This document shows, piece by piece, positions 22,608 through 34,943 of a stretch of 64,000 nucleotides of DNA. The stretch covers positions 62,001 to 126,000 of the forward strand of contig JAPEUI010000021.1 of assembly GCA_026025075.1 (NCBI GenBank), given 5' to 3'. Each line of letters opens with the position of its first letter. The stretch's first letter is position 1. Both the position numbers and the translations under genes were made by a program. The notes beneath the pieces are model-generated. The model was not told the origin of the DNA. It was given only the letters and a program-made list of their open reading frames with translations, and did not search any database. Source of the stretch: Vezdaea acicularis. Its lineage: Eukaryota.

Positions 22608-23134
22608 GACTGCTTAATCCTCTCATTGGGGCACTTCAGAGCTTAGAGGAGACGCAGTATCTTACTGGATGCAAGAAAACTTATGTCTTGTAAGGGCCCA
22701 ATGTTTCATTATGCTGCGCATGAGTCTCTCGCACTTGCCGGCGTGCAGCTATGAGAACATGTCAGCTCTCTAACTGAAGGCTCGCCTGTGCGTTTGACAG
22801 CTCTAACAAGACCCAAATGTTGACCAGAGTTGATTATTACGAATTGTTATATGCTTGGGGAATAATGCCATTGTTCAAAGCCCCTGTGATGCCTCCGCTG
22901 AAGACCGGCTCTTAATCATTAGAGATTCACAATACATCCAGAGGTCAAGCTGACTATAAAGATCTGCGCGGCGAGCACGAATGGCCAGTGGCCAGTACAA
23001 GATTTGGGTCAGAAGCTACCAAGTGAGGTAGGGATGGTGAAGAGACTAAAGTAGCAAAGTAAGTCAAAGTTAACAGGCTGCTCCAGGTCGGCAGACACAC
23101 GACTTGGTAGATGGTAAACATCATTCTGCTGACT

Positions 23135-24793
23135 CTATTTCCGCCTCCCATTTGTTTTCTGGGAAACCTGAACCTTACGCCCGCCACGATTGTTATTCCC
23201 ACTCTTGCTTCGCTGTCTGATGCTAGGGGGGTTCACGCCGCTTAATGTTGATGAGCAAGACTCGTAAAGCCATAAGAACAACAAGAGAATGACTCCCGAG
23301 ACGGAAACTATGTCGAGTATGTGGACAACCCAAAATATATGCTGCTTGCCAACCATGCAGCTTACATATTCGAACTTCCACTCTTCAGTTGACCAATCAA
23401 ACCAAGCACTAAAGAGTCCCGCGTTGCCGCCAAATTCGCCCATCTGACTGCGGACTGTAATCTCTCGTATGCCAGGGATCGATTCATTAGCGGCTAGCTT
23501 CTTAGAGTCTTTCCACCTTGCCACTCTCCACACGTCTTCAGGATCTTCCACGTCAGGCAACATCTGCGGGATGTGATGATATGTATCACAGCCTACATGA
23601 TCATGGCCAACCAGGATTACTCCATTTCTCCCTCTGCCCTTGCCAGGTGCATCTTGGTTTGCGGACATACCGTAGATCCCTTCTAAAATGCCTTTGCCGC
23701 CATGTCTGCTGAGATGATTTTGTTCCTTTATACCTCCCCCATAATCCTCAGGGTGATAGCCAAACTTAGGGCCATCCGCGCAGATACCTTCGTCCTTGTA
23801 GAGAGGTATATGTGTAAGTAGGATCGTTCCAGTGCTTCTATCCTCGACAGGTCTCGAGCTACTAATAATCTTATTGACAAAATCGTACGTATCCTGTTGC
23901 ATATCTGGCTCAATGACAGGACCGTCTAGATTCAGGGAGTTGAGTACAATAATTCGAAGCTCAGGAACTATGTCTTGACGTAGCGTGCTATGTTCATCGA
24001 AGCAGAGCTCTTCCGGGAGACGGAACCTGATCTCCCAATTGGGCTTCCCGAAAACTCTTTCAAAGCGCTCGGTCCTGTTGTGATTCATGTCCCCAGCATA
24101 TCCAACGTCATGATTGCCAGCTACATTGATTATCCGACGTTCCCATCGGACATCTTCCCCCAGCACTTGCGTTCTAACATCATTCGTAATCTCGTCTTCG
24201 ACTCTAATACCACCACGGAACACTCTCTTCCAGAACCTGTCTCCTCGTCTCTCGAACTCTTCATCGGTAACCCATTGGGAGCCAATTAGGTCACCTAAAA
24301 CTGTGACATGGGTCGGCTTCGCCCACCAATATAACGTTCGATAAATGTGGGCAAGATAATAGTCGTTCCCTAGGAGATCAAGCCGCTTTCGATAACCCTT
24401 GAGAGCCCTGGGGATATCGCGGATAAATAGCGAGATTATCTCTGGCGCAATCTTAGCTGTGCGCTCGATTATCGGCTCATGTTCTTGGAGATGTCCCGAT
24501 ATTCGTTGCAAAGCTGCACGGACAGTTTGATTAGGTTTAGGTAACGAGGAGTCTCCTTCCAATTGAGGGTCTCCAAGCGCCAGCAGTCGGAAAGGCGGTG
24601 CGCGCTCTATCGATGGAACACCGCTACTGATATGCTCTAGTAAGAGGTCTACGAATGGGGCTGATTGAGATACGCTTGCAGCTGGGAAAGCGCATCCATT
24701 GAAGACAGGATATAGGTATAAGTATAAAGAAGCGGCTATCGATAGCGGCACCAGCCACAGTAAAAGGCGGCAAAGGTCATTTAAAAGTTTCAT
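23135..24793 (-). CDS. TED1: Ted1-like metallophosphoesterase (GPI remodelling / ER cargo exit)
   Basis: GDPQLEGD, LDLLGNDYYL, LGDLIGSQW, GNHDVGY, LLTHIP and GHDH metallophosphoesterase motifs, with N- and C-terminal transmembrane segments. Confidence 0.85.
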   Translation of the reverse strand: MKLLNDLCRLLLWLVPLSIAASLYLYLYPVFNGCAFPAASVSQSAPFVDLLLEHISSGVPSIERAPPFRLLALGDPQLEGDSSLPKPNQTVRAALQRISGHLQEHEPIIERTAKIAPEIISLFIRDIPRALKGYRKRLDLLGNDYYLAHIYRTLYWWAKPTHVTVLGDLIGSQWVTDEEFERRGDRFWKRVFRGGIRVEDEITNDVRTQVLGEDVRWERRIINVAGNHDVGYAGDMNHNRTERFERVFGKPNWEIRFRLPEELCFDEHSTLRQDIVPELRIIVLNSLNLDGPVIEPDMQQDTYDFVNKIISSSRPVEDRSTGTILLTHIPLYKDEGICADGPKFGYHPEDYGGGIKEQNHLSRHGGKGILEGIYGMSANQDAPGKGRGRNGVILVGHDHVGCDTYHHIPQMLPDVEDPEDVWRVARWKDSKKLAANESIPGIREITVRSQMGEFGGNAGLFSAWFDWSTEEWKFEYVSCMVGKQHIFWVVHILDIVSVSGVILLLFLWLYESCSSTLSGVNPPSIRQRSKSGNNNRGGRKVQVSQKTNGRRK

Positions 24794-25124
24794 AAAGTAT
24801 TAGACATATGAATACGTCAAGGAATGTGACATGCGTGGACTATGGCTAGGAGACTTATGCGTCGTTTAGCAGCAACTACTTCCCTCGGAATGGGAGCTAC
24901 GGCAGCCCGAGCGGCAAAGTGTGCGCGAACGCGGGTCTTTCAGTTCAAACTATCACCAAACAATACGCATCAAGAGCTCATCCATCGCGAATGCTATGTC
25001 TGTTTTCAGCAAATAGACGCATGGATAATCACCCGGAAGAGCAAGCATCGACTACGGCACGAGGTCACTGCAGCCAGCGGAAGGTGTGTTGAAGCTATTG
25101 TTCATTTATTTATGAGCTTCGCTT

Positions 25125-25808
25125 TCACATGACGACCCCGGAATTGCTTGCGATACGCTGGAAGAAGTTGTTAGCTTGACGAGTGGGGATCCCGTGGGGA
25201 AGTCGTTCTCACAGGCCAAAGCTCCGCTGCTTCCTTTCCCACAGGTCCTGTGATAGCAGATCCTTTCATTTCACCTTTAGGATTGACTATCTGGAATCCC
25301 AAATATTAGCCATCAAAACTCGAGACCTCTCGGATGACGGATTGAGGTTCATGCTGAGGGAGAACTTACCACCCCTGCATTGTCTTCGAAATATAAGAAT
25401 ACCCCATCCGGTCTCCGCCACGGTTTACTTTGCCGCACTACCACCGCAGGCATGACCTTCTTCCTCAATTCAGGCTTCCCCTTTTTGACGGTTGCCATGA
25501 CCATATCGCCAACACCAGCAGCAGGCAATCGATTGAGGCGGGCGCCGATACCTTTGACTGAAATGATGTAGAGATTCCGCGCACCAGAGTTGTCGCAGCA
25601 GTTCATTACAGCCCCCCTTGATAATGTCAGCAAAGCTTCTTTCGATCTGGTATAGGCTCTAGACGTACACCGGAAGACCAAGGGTCATCTTCAGTTTATT
25701 GCCAGAGGCACCTCCGCGACTAGAGCATAAAAAGGTTAGCTGTGGAGTTCTCCACGTGGTTGAAAGGGACCGAGCTATCTCGCGCTTTGCGTACCCTCTC
25801 TTAGACAT
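25125..25808 (-). CDS. RPL23: 60S ribosomal protein L23 (uL14), multi-intron
   Basis: MSKR|..[89 protein letters not shown]. Confidence 0.97.
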
Positions 25809-26355
25809 CTTGAATCAGATCTAGGTTGGACAATCTATTTCCGTTGTGTGCTTCGAAGCAAAAATAATGATTATGACGAGATCTCTCGAATACGGAAGTC
25901 GAGCGTGTATTAGTGGCAAAGATCTAAGCGAGGTCTTAAGCCCTCCCGAGATTTTTGGCGAAGCGATTCTTGACAAGGGGGCATTTTCAGATGAGAGAAC
26001 ATCCCCATTTGAAAGGAAGACCACATGTCTTGGGATCCAAACAAATTTGGTTCAAAGGAGTCCAATGGAAGTTTTATGCAAGCGTAAGCTCTAGCTGGGT
26101 TTCCAAGTGTAAAGCATAAGCGCGAGTAGTTCTTTGGTCTCTCAGATTGCTTGTTTACACACGACATGCTAGTCATCAAAAAATCCATTAATTATCAGTT
26201 ACTATTCAAACAACAAACGCTTCTTCCGACCCGTGCTCAGCTTATTCATACCCGAAACGCCCTAAGTTTACAAGACTTTCGAGATCTGCTGATCACCCCA
26301 ATATCTAGGTAACCCCCGCCTTCCGTGAAGCGAGTCGTAAAAGTTTTAGTTGAGT

Positions 26356-28495
26356 CTATAATATTGTCACTTCCTCCTCAATCTTTGCCCCTCCTTCAAC
26401 GTTTTCCCTCTCACGGTTCCCCGAGCTTTCCACTTTATTGGGAATGGATTGGTTTTGCGACGTGTTTCCACCTGCTTCCTCATTTGCTTCTGTTGTTGAC
26501 TGTGTTGGTGGCGTTAATGGAGCACCAGCAGTATGGGCATTTGCTGCTTCTGGGGGAGAAAGAGGCGGTGTGACCTGCGCCCTAACTGCACGAGCTTCGA
26601 TTTCTGGTGCAGCAACGGTATGCTCCATATCGACGTCTCCGTCAATATCCACGGTGGTGTCAGCAAGCTCGCCCTCCTTAGAACCTTGGGCAGGCGTCAC
26701 AGTTCTGGATTCGTTTACGACTCCAGCGCCCGAGTTAGTACCAAAGTTTGGTAAGGTTCCTTCGGCCCCGTTCGAGCTTTCCATGTTTTCAGGAGAAGCG
26801 GCGGCGCTATCTTCAGGGTAATCGGGAGCGGAGGGATTTCGATAGTCCATAATGTTTCGCCGCTTGGTGGCACCTGGCTGTTTACGAACACCATTGGCCG
26901 CCGCTTCTTCCTCATCGTCACTCTCACTAAGTTCACCCTCCTTCTCCACGTACTTGTCCCAACGTCGTTTTGTGTGCCTAGAATCCTTGTTTTCGTCATC
27001 GTCCAGGTCGTCCAGAATTGCGTCCGCGTCATCGTCATAGCCCTCAATATCCCGAGGCACGTCTGTCATCTGTACGGACGGGGCAAATGCTGTACGCTTG
27101 AGATTCTCAATCACCGACGTCTTGATCTTCTCAAGATATTCGTATGAGTTAGCGTTTTCCATATTTGAAGGTCGTACGTCAAGCTCATAATCCGGACCGA
27201 AGTACTTTCGAGGAGGTAAGCATGATGAAGTCACAAAGTGCACATGCCAGAAGACATACCTCATAGTATTCATTATAGGGTAGCTTAGGGCCCATGTTCT
27301 CTCCAACTAGTAGGCCTGTTTCGTACGCCCATGTACGGGAGACATTCCTCATGGTATAGCCGCCGCCACCTAAGACTAAAACGGGAAGCCCAAAAGCCTT
27401 CACGTAGTTGACACAATTGGCATGGCCTTTCATACTTAAGTTGAAGCAGCCCAACCTATCACCCGATAGGCTGTCTCCTCCGCATTGCAGAACTATTGCT
27501 TCAGGCTTATACCACTCCATCACGCTCTTGATTACTGGTTCGAAGATTCCCTTGTAGGACCTATCGTCGATGCCATCACGGAGGGGGAAGTTAACAGAGT
27601 AGTATTTTCCCTGGCCTACACCAATATCACGAAGTTCACCTGTTCCTGGGAAATATTCCCCATACTTATGGAAAGATACAGTCATGACTCTGTCGGTTGT
27701 GTAAAAAGCCTCTTCAACGCCATCGCCGTGATGCACGTCAATATCAATGTACAGAACGCGTTGCTTGTATCGTAAAAGCTCTATGATGCCTAAGACAATA
27801 TCTGCAGGGATTTTGTTAACAACGATGCGTCCTACGTGTTTCTGAGAGCAAATTTCATTACCGTTGACATAACAAAACCCGCTTGCCTCGCTTTTCTTCG
27901 CATGATGGAGCCCCCCAGCCCAATTGACGGCGATATCGCATTTGCCACGATTGAGCCTTGCCGCACCTTCCATGCTTCCTCCAGCACTGATGCCGCAGAA
28001 ATCAAAGAGGCCATCGAATACCGGGCAATCGTCTCCTACATTATATTTACTTTGCTCTTTCGAGTACGCCTCCATGTTGTCTGGTGTCACTTTTTGTAGA
28101 AAGTCCACATATTCATCCGTATGGAACTGTGTCATTTCAAGTCGGGTCGCGGGTTTTGCACGCTAAAGACACCATTTGTCAACGAAAGATTCTATGTGTA
28201 AGTATGGGCCGAAGCCTTAATATGCTACACATAAGTCTAGGTGTGCTTTGACTAGAAAAATATCTATGAGGACATGCTCATTGGCATATTATATAGGACT
28301 TACATAAATCTCCATCTTCTTATATAGATCATAGTGCATTATTAAACTATGCGCCATCCGTATTCGGTGGGGCTTCATTGGGTGGCCTGCAACATACGCA
28401 TAGTTCCCGACATCTTGGTCATAGAAGTATGCTACCTTTTTCTTTTCCGCAGCGCCATTGGTCAGAGGCTCATCTAAAGGGGCGAACGAGCCCAT
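26356..28495 (-). CDS. RPD3: Class I histone deacetylase Rpd3 (3 introns)
   Basis: [63 protein letters not shown], and an acidic C-terminal tail. Confidence 0.97.
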
Positions 28496-28598
28496 TGTTG
28501 AGATATCTCACGAAGGCTGCAGTTCAAGGCTGCGAAATACTGTATTATGAACAGGGACGCGTGTGGACCTAGGATAGAGAAGTTATGTTGATGCTTTC

Positions 28599-28604
28599 GG
28601 AGCT
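28599..28604. promoter_or_regulatory. GGAGCT element in the divergent RPD3/RPN11 promoter (candidate proteasome-regulon site of filamentous ascomycetes)
   Basis: Hexamer about 235 nt upstream of the RPN11 ATG. From memory it is associated with proteasome genes in filamentous ascomycetes, but a 6-mer can occur by chance. Confidence 0.25.
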
Positions 28605-28836
28605 TCATTAGATTTGTGCTTATGGGCCTATCGGCAACCGTAATCGATTGCGGACTTCGCCAGGGCTACGCCGCGTCTTCAATGCTGCCTCGCAGTCTCC
28701 GATATTCTGCCAAAGCCCCTGCCATTCTCACCGTTGATTATCCAACGTACCCTGGAATATTTGCCTTGAGACGCCCTTTGCGCTATTTGAACGGCACTTA
28801 TTCCATATAATCCCTAGATTCCAAGTAGTGCCGGAT

Positions 28837-30066
28837 ATGGATCGATTAAGTCGCATGCTCCAAGCTGCCCAAGGCATGGGCGTTCAAAGTGGACCACCAG
28901 GAGCGGTATGCAACCTCTATCATTATGCTCGGTAGCTTCGCTATCTTAGATCTCTCAGCTATGTGACAATATTGTAGTTGCAATGCTAAACATCTTGTTA
29001 GGACACCAATTTGATCGATAACTCCGAGACCGTCTATATCTCCTCCCTAGCTCTTCTGAAGATGTTACGGCATGGCCGAGCAGGCGTTCCGATGGAAGTC
29101 ATGGGCTTGATGCTGGGAGAGTTTGTGGACGATTTCACTGTGCGCGTAGTTGACGTTTTCGCCATGCCCCAGAGCGGAACTGGAGTTAGTGTGGAGGCGG
29201 TGGATCCGGTTTTCCAAACCAAGATGATGGACATGCTTCGGCAGACTGGGAGGTAAATTTTTGCGATAAAATCTTGCCCACTCTTGATTAATATGTAATC
29301 CATCTTTAGACCCGAAACAGTAGTAGGCTGGTACCACTCGCATCCTGGTTTCGGTTGCTGGCTATCGTCTGTCGATATCAATACGCAACAGTCCTTCGAG
29401 CAGCTTACTCCACGAGCCGTGGCCGTGGTGGTGGATCCGATACAATCTGTCAAGGGAAAAGTTGTCATTGATGCCTTCCGCCTTATAAATCCACAGACTC
29501 TCATGCTGGGCCATGAACCTCGCCAGACAACATCAAATTTGGGGCATCTCAACAAGCCGTCTATTCAAGCACTCATACACGGCCTTAACAGGCACTATTA
29601 TAGCATAGGGATCAACTACCGGAAAACTGGATTAGAGGAAAACATGCTGATGAATTTACATAAGCACGTCTGGACTGATGCGCTACAAATGGAAGACTTC
29701 CGGGAAGCTGGTGGCAAAAACGAGGAGAAGCTGAAGCGACTTGTAGGACTTGCAGAGGGTTACGAGAGAAGGGTCAAGGAAGAGACTGAACTGACGAAAG
29801 ATCAACTCAGGACTCGATACGTTGGCAAAGTTGATCCGAAGAAACGTATGTATCTTATTTCGAGGCAGCTATAGGCATTGATCATGCACTGACTCTCCAT
29901 GACTTCAGATCTTGAGGATGTAGGGCAACAGCTCATCGAGGACAACATCGTCTCAGTATCAAGGCAGATGATCGATAAAGAAGCATCTACGGCTCATTCA
30001 AGTTCTAATTCAAACGAAAACCACGAAGCAGCTATGGACGTTGACGATGCAGATGAGGAGCTATAG
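28837..30066 (+). CDS. RPN11: 26S proteasome lid deubiquitinase Rpn11 (3 introns)
   Basis: [27 protein letters not shown] and the JAMM motif [18 protein letters not shown]. Confidence 0.97.
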
Positions 30067-31560
30067 AAGGATACATTTTTCTCCTAGCATATGGGCGCTC
30101 AGCAATGTACTTCCTTAGGAAACATTGTCGGGGTTACATTCTCATGTATTACTGCATAGCGAGGTAGGGTATTAAAATGGTTTCCATGATAATGCATTGC
30201 AGACAGCTACATTCATAGTAGAAAGCACGTTCCGACCCCTCTTCGCAGCATGCCAAGCCAAGAAGCCATTGCATAGCTGATTTCGAACTTGATCCATATT
30301 GGCCCTGCAGCGAATAGAACCTGATGCATAAGATGTTCACAAGAAATTGCTGCCATTTGACTACGTTCTGCACTCACTCTAGAATATGTTAGACAACTGA
30401 CTAGTTGCGTTAGCTGCATCTGCTGCCTCCGACGTAGACAAATGCACTGGCAACGAGCAGAGTGACACCTCTGCGACCAATACTGAAACAGGCCTGTGTC
30501 GCACACGGTTAGTGATCGACCGCTCGGCGTAACATAAGCGATGCAGACTTTGGATCTGTACCAGCCACCCAAGTTTGATCCTTGCCGCAAGGCAAATCGC
30601 CTGCGATAGAGTCATCGAATTTGGATTTCTAACTGCCTTACATGTCCTGGTATTTTATAGTGGTAGCGATCCAACATTGGAGTTTGCTCGCTAAACCTGT
30701 AGAAAGCGATTGGCTGTGCAAGGCCATCCAGGGAGCTCCATTCGGTAATGATACCTTGAGATCCTATCGCGCATGCACGGAAGTCCCCCAGACTCGGCAG
30801 ATCTCCTCCATCACGGGCTCCCATTCGCTGCCAGCCCAAAGTAGCGGCGTCATGCTCGAGTTCTGCGCCCACCAACCACCATTTCGATAGCCCCCCTTCC
30901 TCTATCAATCTATTGTGTCCTCCGACACTTCGAGCCTTCTCCTGTCTTACCTTTGCTCATCATCATCGGGGCTGTGGCCGGTCATTCCATACCCCATAAC
31001 ACATTACATTGCGGCGGCTACTTCGCAAGCCTGCTTCGCGCCTCCACTTGGGAGATTCTATGAGTTTTGCCTCACTTTCAACATTCCTCGTCCCTCTTTA
31101 CAGTCATCCTCACCTTACTGTCCGATTCACTTCGAACATCCGCCTGTCGAACTCCTACCACCTGCGGCGCACGTAACCAGCTCCTTGGTTCTCCACAATA
31201 CATCCGTACAACTCAAGTTCTCTCAGCTGCCTGTAAACTTTCAACAAACTTTCAAGGCGCAAATATGGCAGCGATGTTGTAAAGCAAAGCAACGCAAAGG
31301 AAGGCGCTGCCGAGGTTCTAATCATAGACCAAGACACCGCTTGGCTTTGATTCATCGTGGTAGAAGCGGGCTATAAGAGAAGAGATCGCAATATAGGTTC
31401 TGACAGTGGCTGGCGACACATCTAACATGCCAGCGGATTAGCAAGTCACCTCAGGGTTAGATGTTATAACGTAGCTGCCGAGCACTTCTCGAAGCTGACC
31501 ACCTCCACGTGGCCATAGGCTTCTGGGCCCCTTAGAAATCCCCAAGTGTTCACGGAAAGC

Positions 31561-34161
31561 ATGCCTTCTCTGACATTTGAAGAGCCTGCGCTGCTCAGGA
31601 TATCTCGTGAAAAGTCACTGAAAATGCACAAACCGCTTACTCGACGAACCACGCCCGGAGGATGGCCTGGAAGTAACCGGTCGACTGCAAGCAGCAGCTC
31701 AGAGTCACTAGGATCAAGCGCCTCAGCCTTGCTACCATCTGAGGTGCTAGTAGATCTCAGTTCTGGCCTCCCTCCAACCCCGCCTTCGAACCGCAATTCT
31801 GGTACTGTCGCCGCTAGATCTCCAACGTGGATCGCAGTCTATTCAGCATCTTCTCCTTCTCGCACTGGCGGTATCAGTACCCCACCTACAAACCGATCTC
31901 CGCCAACGCCGGACAACACACCACCTAGAGCTCAAAGTGAGTTTAGTGGTCTCCCCGTGCCCTTTGAGCTTCGACATATACATTCTGGTACCGAGTCCTT
32001 TAGAACGGCACGTGAACATCAACGCTCCCCAATTCATGATGGGCACGACGATGCAGGATCCGAGGTCTCAGGAGACAAAGCACTCAACGAAAATGCAGTT
32101 GATCGCACGCATAGCTTTAGTAAGCGTGAGGTGGGGCTTGGGCTTGGACTCGAGTCGGATGACGATAGAACGCCCACGAGAAGCAGGAGTATCTCCGTGG
32201 ATGATGTGGCTGTGGCAGAGGTCGTTTCTCTGAACGGAAATTGGGGCCATGAATTAAGCGGTCATGAACTCGACCCAGCGGATGCCATAGCTGATCGGGA
32301 ATGGGAAGCTAATTTTATGCGGAATGTGACCCTCAGAAAGCGGCGAACCAGGCGAGCCCGCAATCAAACACAGCAGGAAAAGTTGGACCCAGCGGTTGAT
32401 GGAGTTGGCAATGAAGATCTCCAAAGAGGTTCGAGCTTACGAGACAAGACTTACCAGAGGAGGTTCATTTCTAAGCGTCGATCGATAGAGGACTTCTCCG
32501 AGCAGGTTGAATGGCCATCCATCATGGTTAAACAATCACCTGGTATGGATAACATCGATATTAGGAGGTATTCTGGCAATTCTGCTACGTCAACTATTGT
32601 TGAAGCTCTTGTAATCGAGAACCCCCCACAAAGGCGACGGACCCTCAGACACACGGGCCAGATGGTTGGGCAAGGGAACGAACTTCGAATCCAAAAGTCA
32701 TCTTCGATTCGCACAACATCGAATCCCGTGACAGCAAGCGAAAAGATACATCGACTGACTCATAAGAGCTTGAATGTTGGAGATCAGAAAGGGCTCAGCT
32801 TGTATTCTAACGCATTGGGGCATAATGTGGGCTCTAGTGGGTCAACTTCGACCGAGGTTGTCCCCGTCATTATTGTGCCCGAACGGCAATCTTCATTGAA
32901 GAGAAAGCCTGGCTTGACGCGCCAAGCTGGTTCAAAGTCAGTGTCCTTGACATCTGGTAGTCAAGCTTCAAGGCCAACAACTGCAGAAGATCTGGGCGAC
33001 AGCAGACACCCACCACGTTTTAGGCGAAGGACCCTTTGTGGTGGCATCACTTCTCTAAATTTCGCTGATGGTGGTAAAGGATCTGACTTTGCGCCGGTCA
33101 TCCCTTCTCGAAGTTCATCTCTGTCTGCACCAACTAGTAGAGTGACCTCAAGGACTACTTCTCTCACCTCTGCAAGTTTGAGATCAAGGCCGACGGCTCT
33201 AGGGGTTAGTTCGATCCATAATGGGCATCGCGATATAACGGCTAGCGACCAAGGCACCACTGAGTTCCTCTCGGTACCCATAACACCGTTTTCAAACCCT
33301 TCTTCCACACCTGAGGCTCTAGAAGTCAGCCAAGCAACGGCGGTCAACATATACCCTCATAACAATGATTCGGTTCTCGTCGTTCAGTCTAATTCGCGAC
33401 CTGTGACAGCTGGGGCAGACCAACACGGTGTCAGCCAAGAAGGCCCCAGAACCCCTCTTAGTTCTTATAGCATTCCAGTTCACGTGGAATCACCACTGAG
33501 AAATCCAAGGGTGGCGCCACTCCCGCCTCAATTAATACAAGTCATTCCACCAACGCCAATGCATGAAATTGATAAACAACTTGGGGCGCACTCAGTGACC
33601 GTTACGGGAAATAATCAGAATAGCGGAGCTTTTGCAAAAGTTAGACGAGCACTCAGCGCACGTCGTTATTCTGAGGGTTTCATGTTGCCCCTCAGTCGAT
33701 GGAAGAGTGTGGGTAGTTCAGTTCGCCGTCCATCAAATATTGAACGCAAAGATAGCAAGCTTCACCCTTTCTGGCGGCCTCGGGCCTTCTGGGAAGAATT
33801 TGATGAAGATGGTGATGCTATCAATGAAGACTTTCTAGAGCGAGGTTGGACACCATGGCTGCTGAACGGGAGTGAAGAACGAAGTCGTCATTCATTTGGG
33901 CTCGAAGAAGATATAACAGATGGGAGCCAGGATAGAGGAGCCCGTCATCAAACCTCCGAGAGTCTCAGTACTAAGAGGTCTAACCGCCGTCGCCGATCTG
34001 GTATTCGTGGGTTACAGTTCGAGTATATTGGGTGGAAGGGATTTCAGCAGAAGTTGAGGAAGTCGAAAGCCGTTCGACAAGAAAGGGCCCTGGAGAGAAA
34101 GCGGAGAAATCTACGACAGCTTATTTCACCGCCAAAGCCTGTTGACCAGGTTACAAGATGA
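31561..34161 (+). CDS. Large Ser/Arg/Pro-rich, probably disordered hypothetical protein
   Basis: Uninterrupted ORF of about 866 codons from the first ATG, with short motif-like islands (LPPTPP, PLRNPR, VIPPTP, LHPFWRPRAFW). I recognise no domain. Confidence 0.8.
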   Translation: MPSLTFEEPALLRISREKSLKMHKPLTRRTTPGGWPGSNRSTASSSSESLGSSASALLPSEVLVDLSSGLPPTPPSNRNSGTVAARSPTWIAVYSASSPSRTGGISTPPTNRSPPTPDNTPPRAQSEFSGLPVPFELRHIHSGTESFRTAREHQRSPIHDGHDDAGSEVSGDKALNENAVDRTHSFSKREVGLGLGLESDDDRTPTRSRSISVDDVAVAEVVSLNGNWGHELSGHELDPADAIADREWEANFMRNVTLRKRRTRRARNQTQQEKLDPAVDGVGNEDLQRGSSLRDKTYQRRFISKRRSIEDFSEQVEWPSIMVKQSPGMDNIDIRRYSGNSATSTIVEALVIENPPQRRRTLRHTGQMVGQGNELRIQKSSSIRTTSNPVTASEKIHRLTHKSLNVGDQKGLSLYSNALGHNVGSSGSTSTEVVPVIIVPERQSSLKRKPGLTRQAGSKSVSLTSGSQASRPTTAEDLGDSRHPPRFRRRTLCGGITSLNFADGGKGSDFAPVIPSRSSSLSAPTSRVTSRTTSLTSASLRSRPTALGVSSIHNGHRDITASDQGTTEFLSVPITPFSNPSSTPEALEVSQATAVNIYPHNNDSVLVVQSNSRPVTAGADQHGVSQEGPRTPLSSYSIPVHVESPLRNPRVAPLPPQLIQVIPPTPMHEIDKQLGAHSVTVTGNNQNSGAFAKVRRALSARRYSEGFMLPLSRWKSVGSSVRRPSNIERKDSKLHPFWRPRAFWEEFDEDGDAINEDFLERGWTPWLLNGSEERSRHSFGLEEDITDGSQDRGARHQTSESLSTKRSNRRRRSGIRGLQFEYIGWKGFQQKLRKSKAVRQERALERKRRNLRQLISPPKPVDQVTR

Positions 34162-34943
34162 TTTAATGAACATAAGGTTTGACGACTGGAATGAATTTGC
34201 AAAACCTGTGGTAACATGTGATTCAGCGATTTGATGCGATGTTGAGCCTTGATTCCTGGGTAGCAAGCGAAATATGTCTGGTACATTTTGATGATTTGAT
34301 GTGCCAAATATGATGACAGCATGTAGCAAGATATTGTTCAAAGATTAATAGTATGGAAATATTAGTGGAGAGAAAGAAGGGTCCCTACTGCTACTCTAAT
34401 CGTGTTTCTTCATCTAAAGTGTGTCCTTGCTCTGTAAAGCTGATCGGTTTGCCATTCGACGGTCCACGACCGTCATGTCTAAGAATGGTTGCGGAATCTT
34501 GCATGATGCTATCGTGACTGATGAATTGTTACTCTGCCAAGGCTCAACGCTTGTGGGTCTGGATGGATCTCACCCTTCGTCTTCCTGTTCTTCCATATCA
34601 CAGCCTTCTCCTCCCGAGGATCGGCTACAGTGTATGACAAAGGCCAAATCTCTTTCGCTACAGGTTTCAATTTGAATTGTAGGGGCGCTTTAAGTGCTGG
34701 AGTGTCATTCGCCATATTCATCTATGCACTGTATTAACACTAGTAAATGAGTATTATGGAGCGGAGCGTCGTCTGACTGACCGATCAACAACAGCTCGCG
34801 TATGCACGAGGCGAGCCCCTCCCCACCAGTCATCGATGTGTTCCTCCAAACCCCCCACCAGCGAGACCGGAGATATTATTATTAAAACGAGCTTCTAATG
34901 AATATTATTTTTGAAATTTGCCTTGATTCGCGATCAGGAGTGC

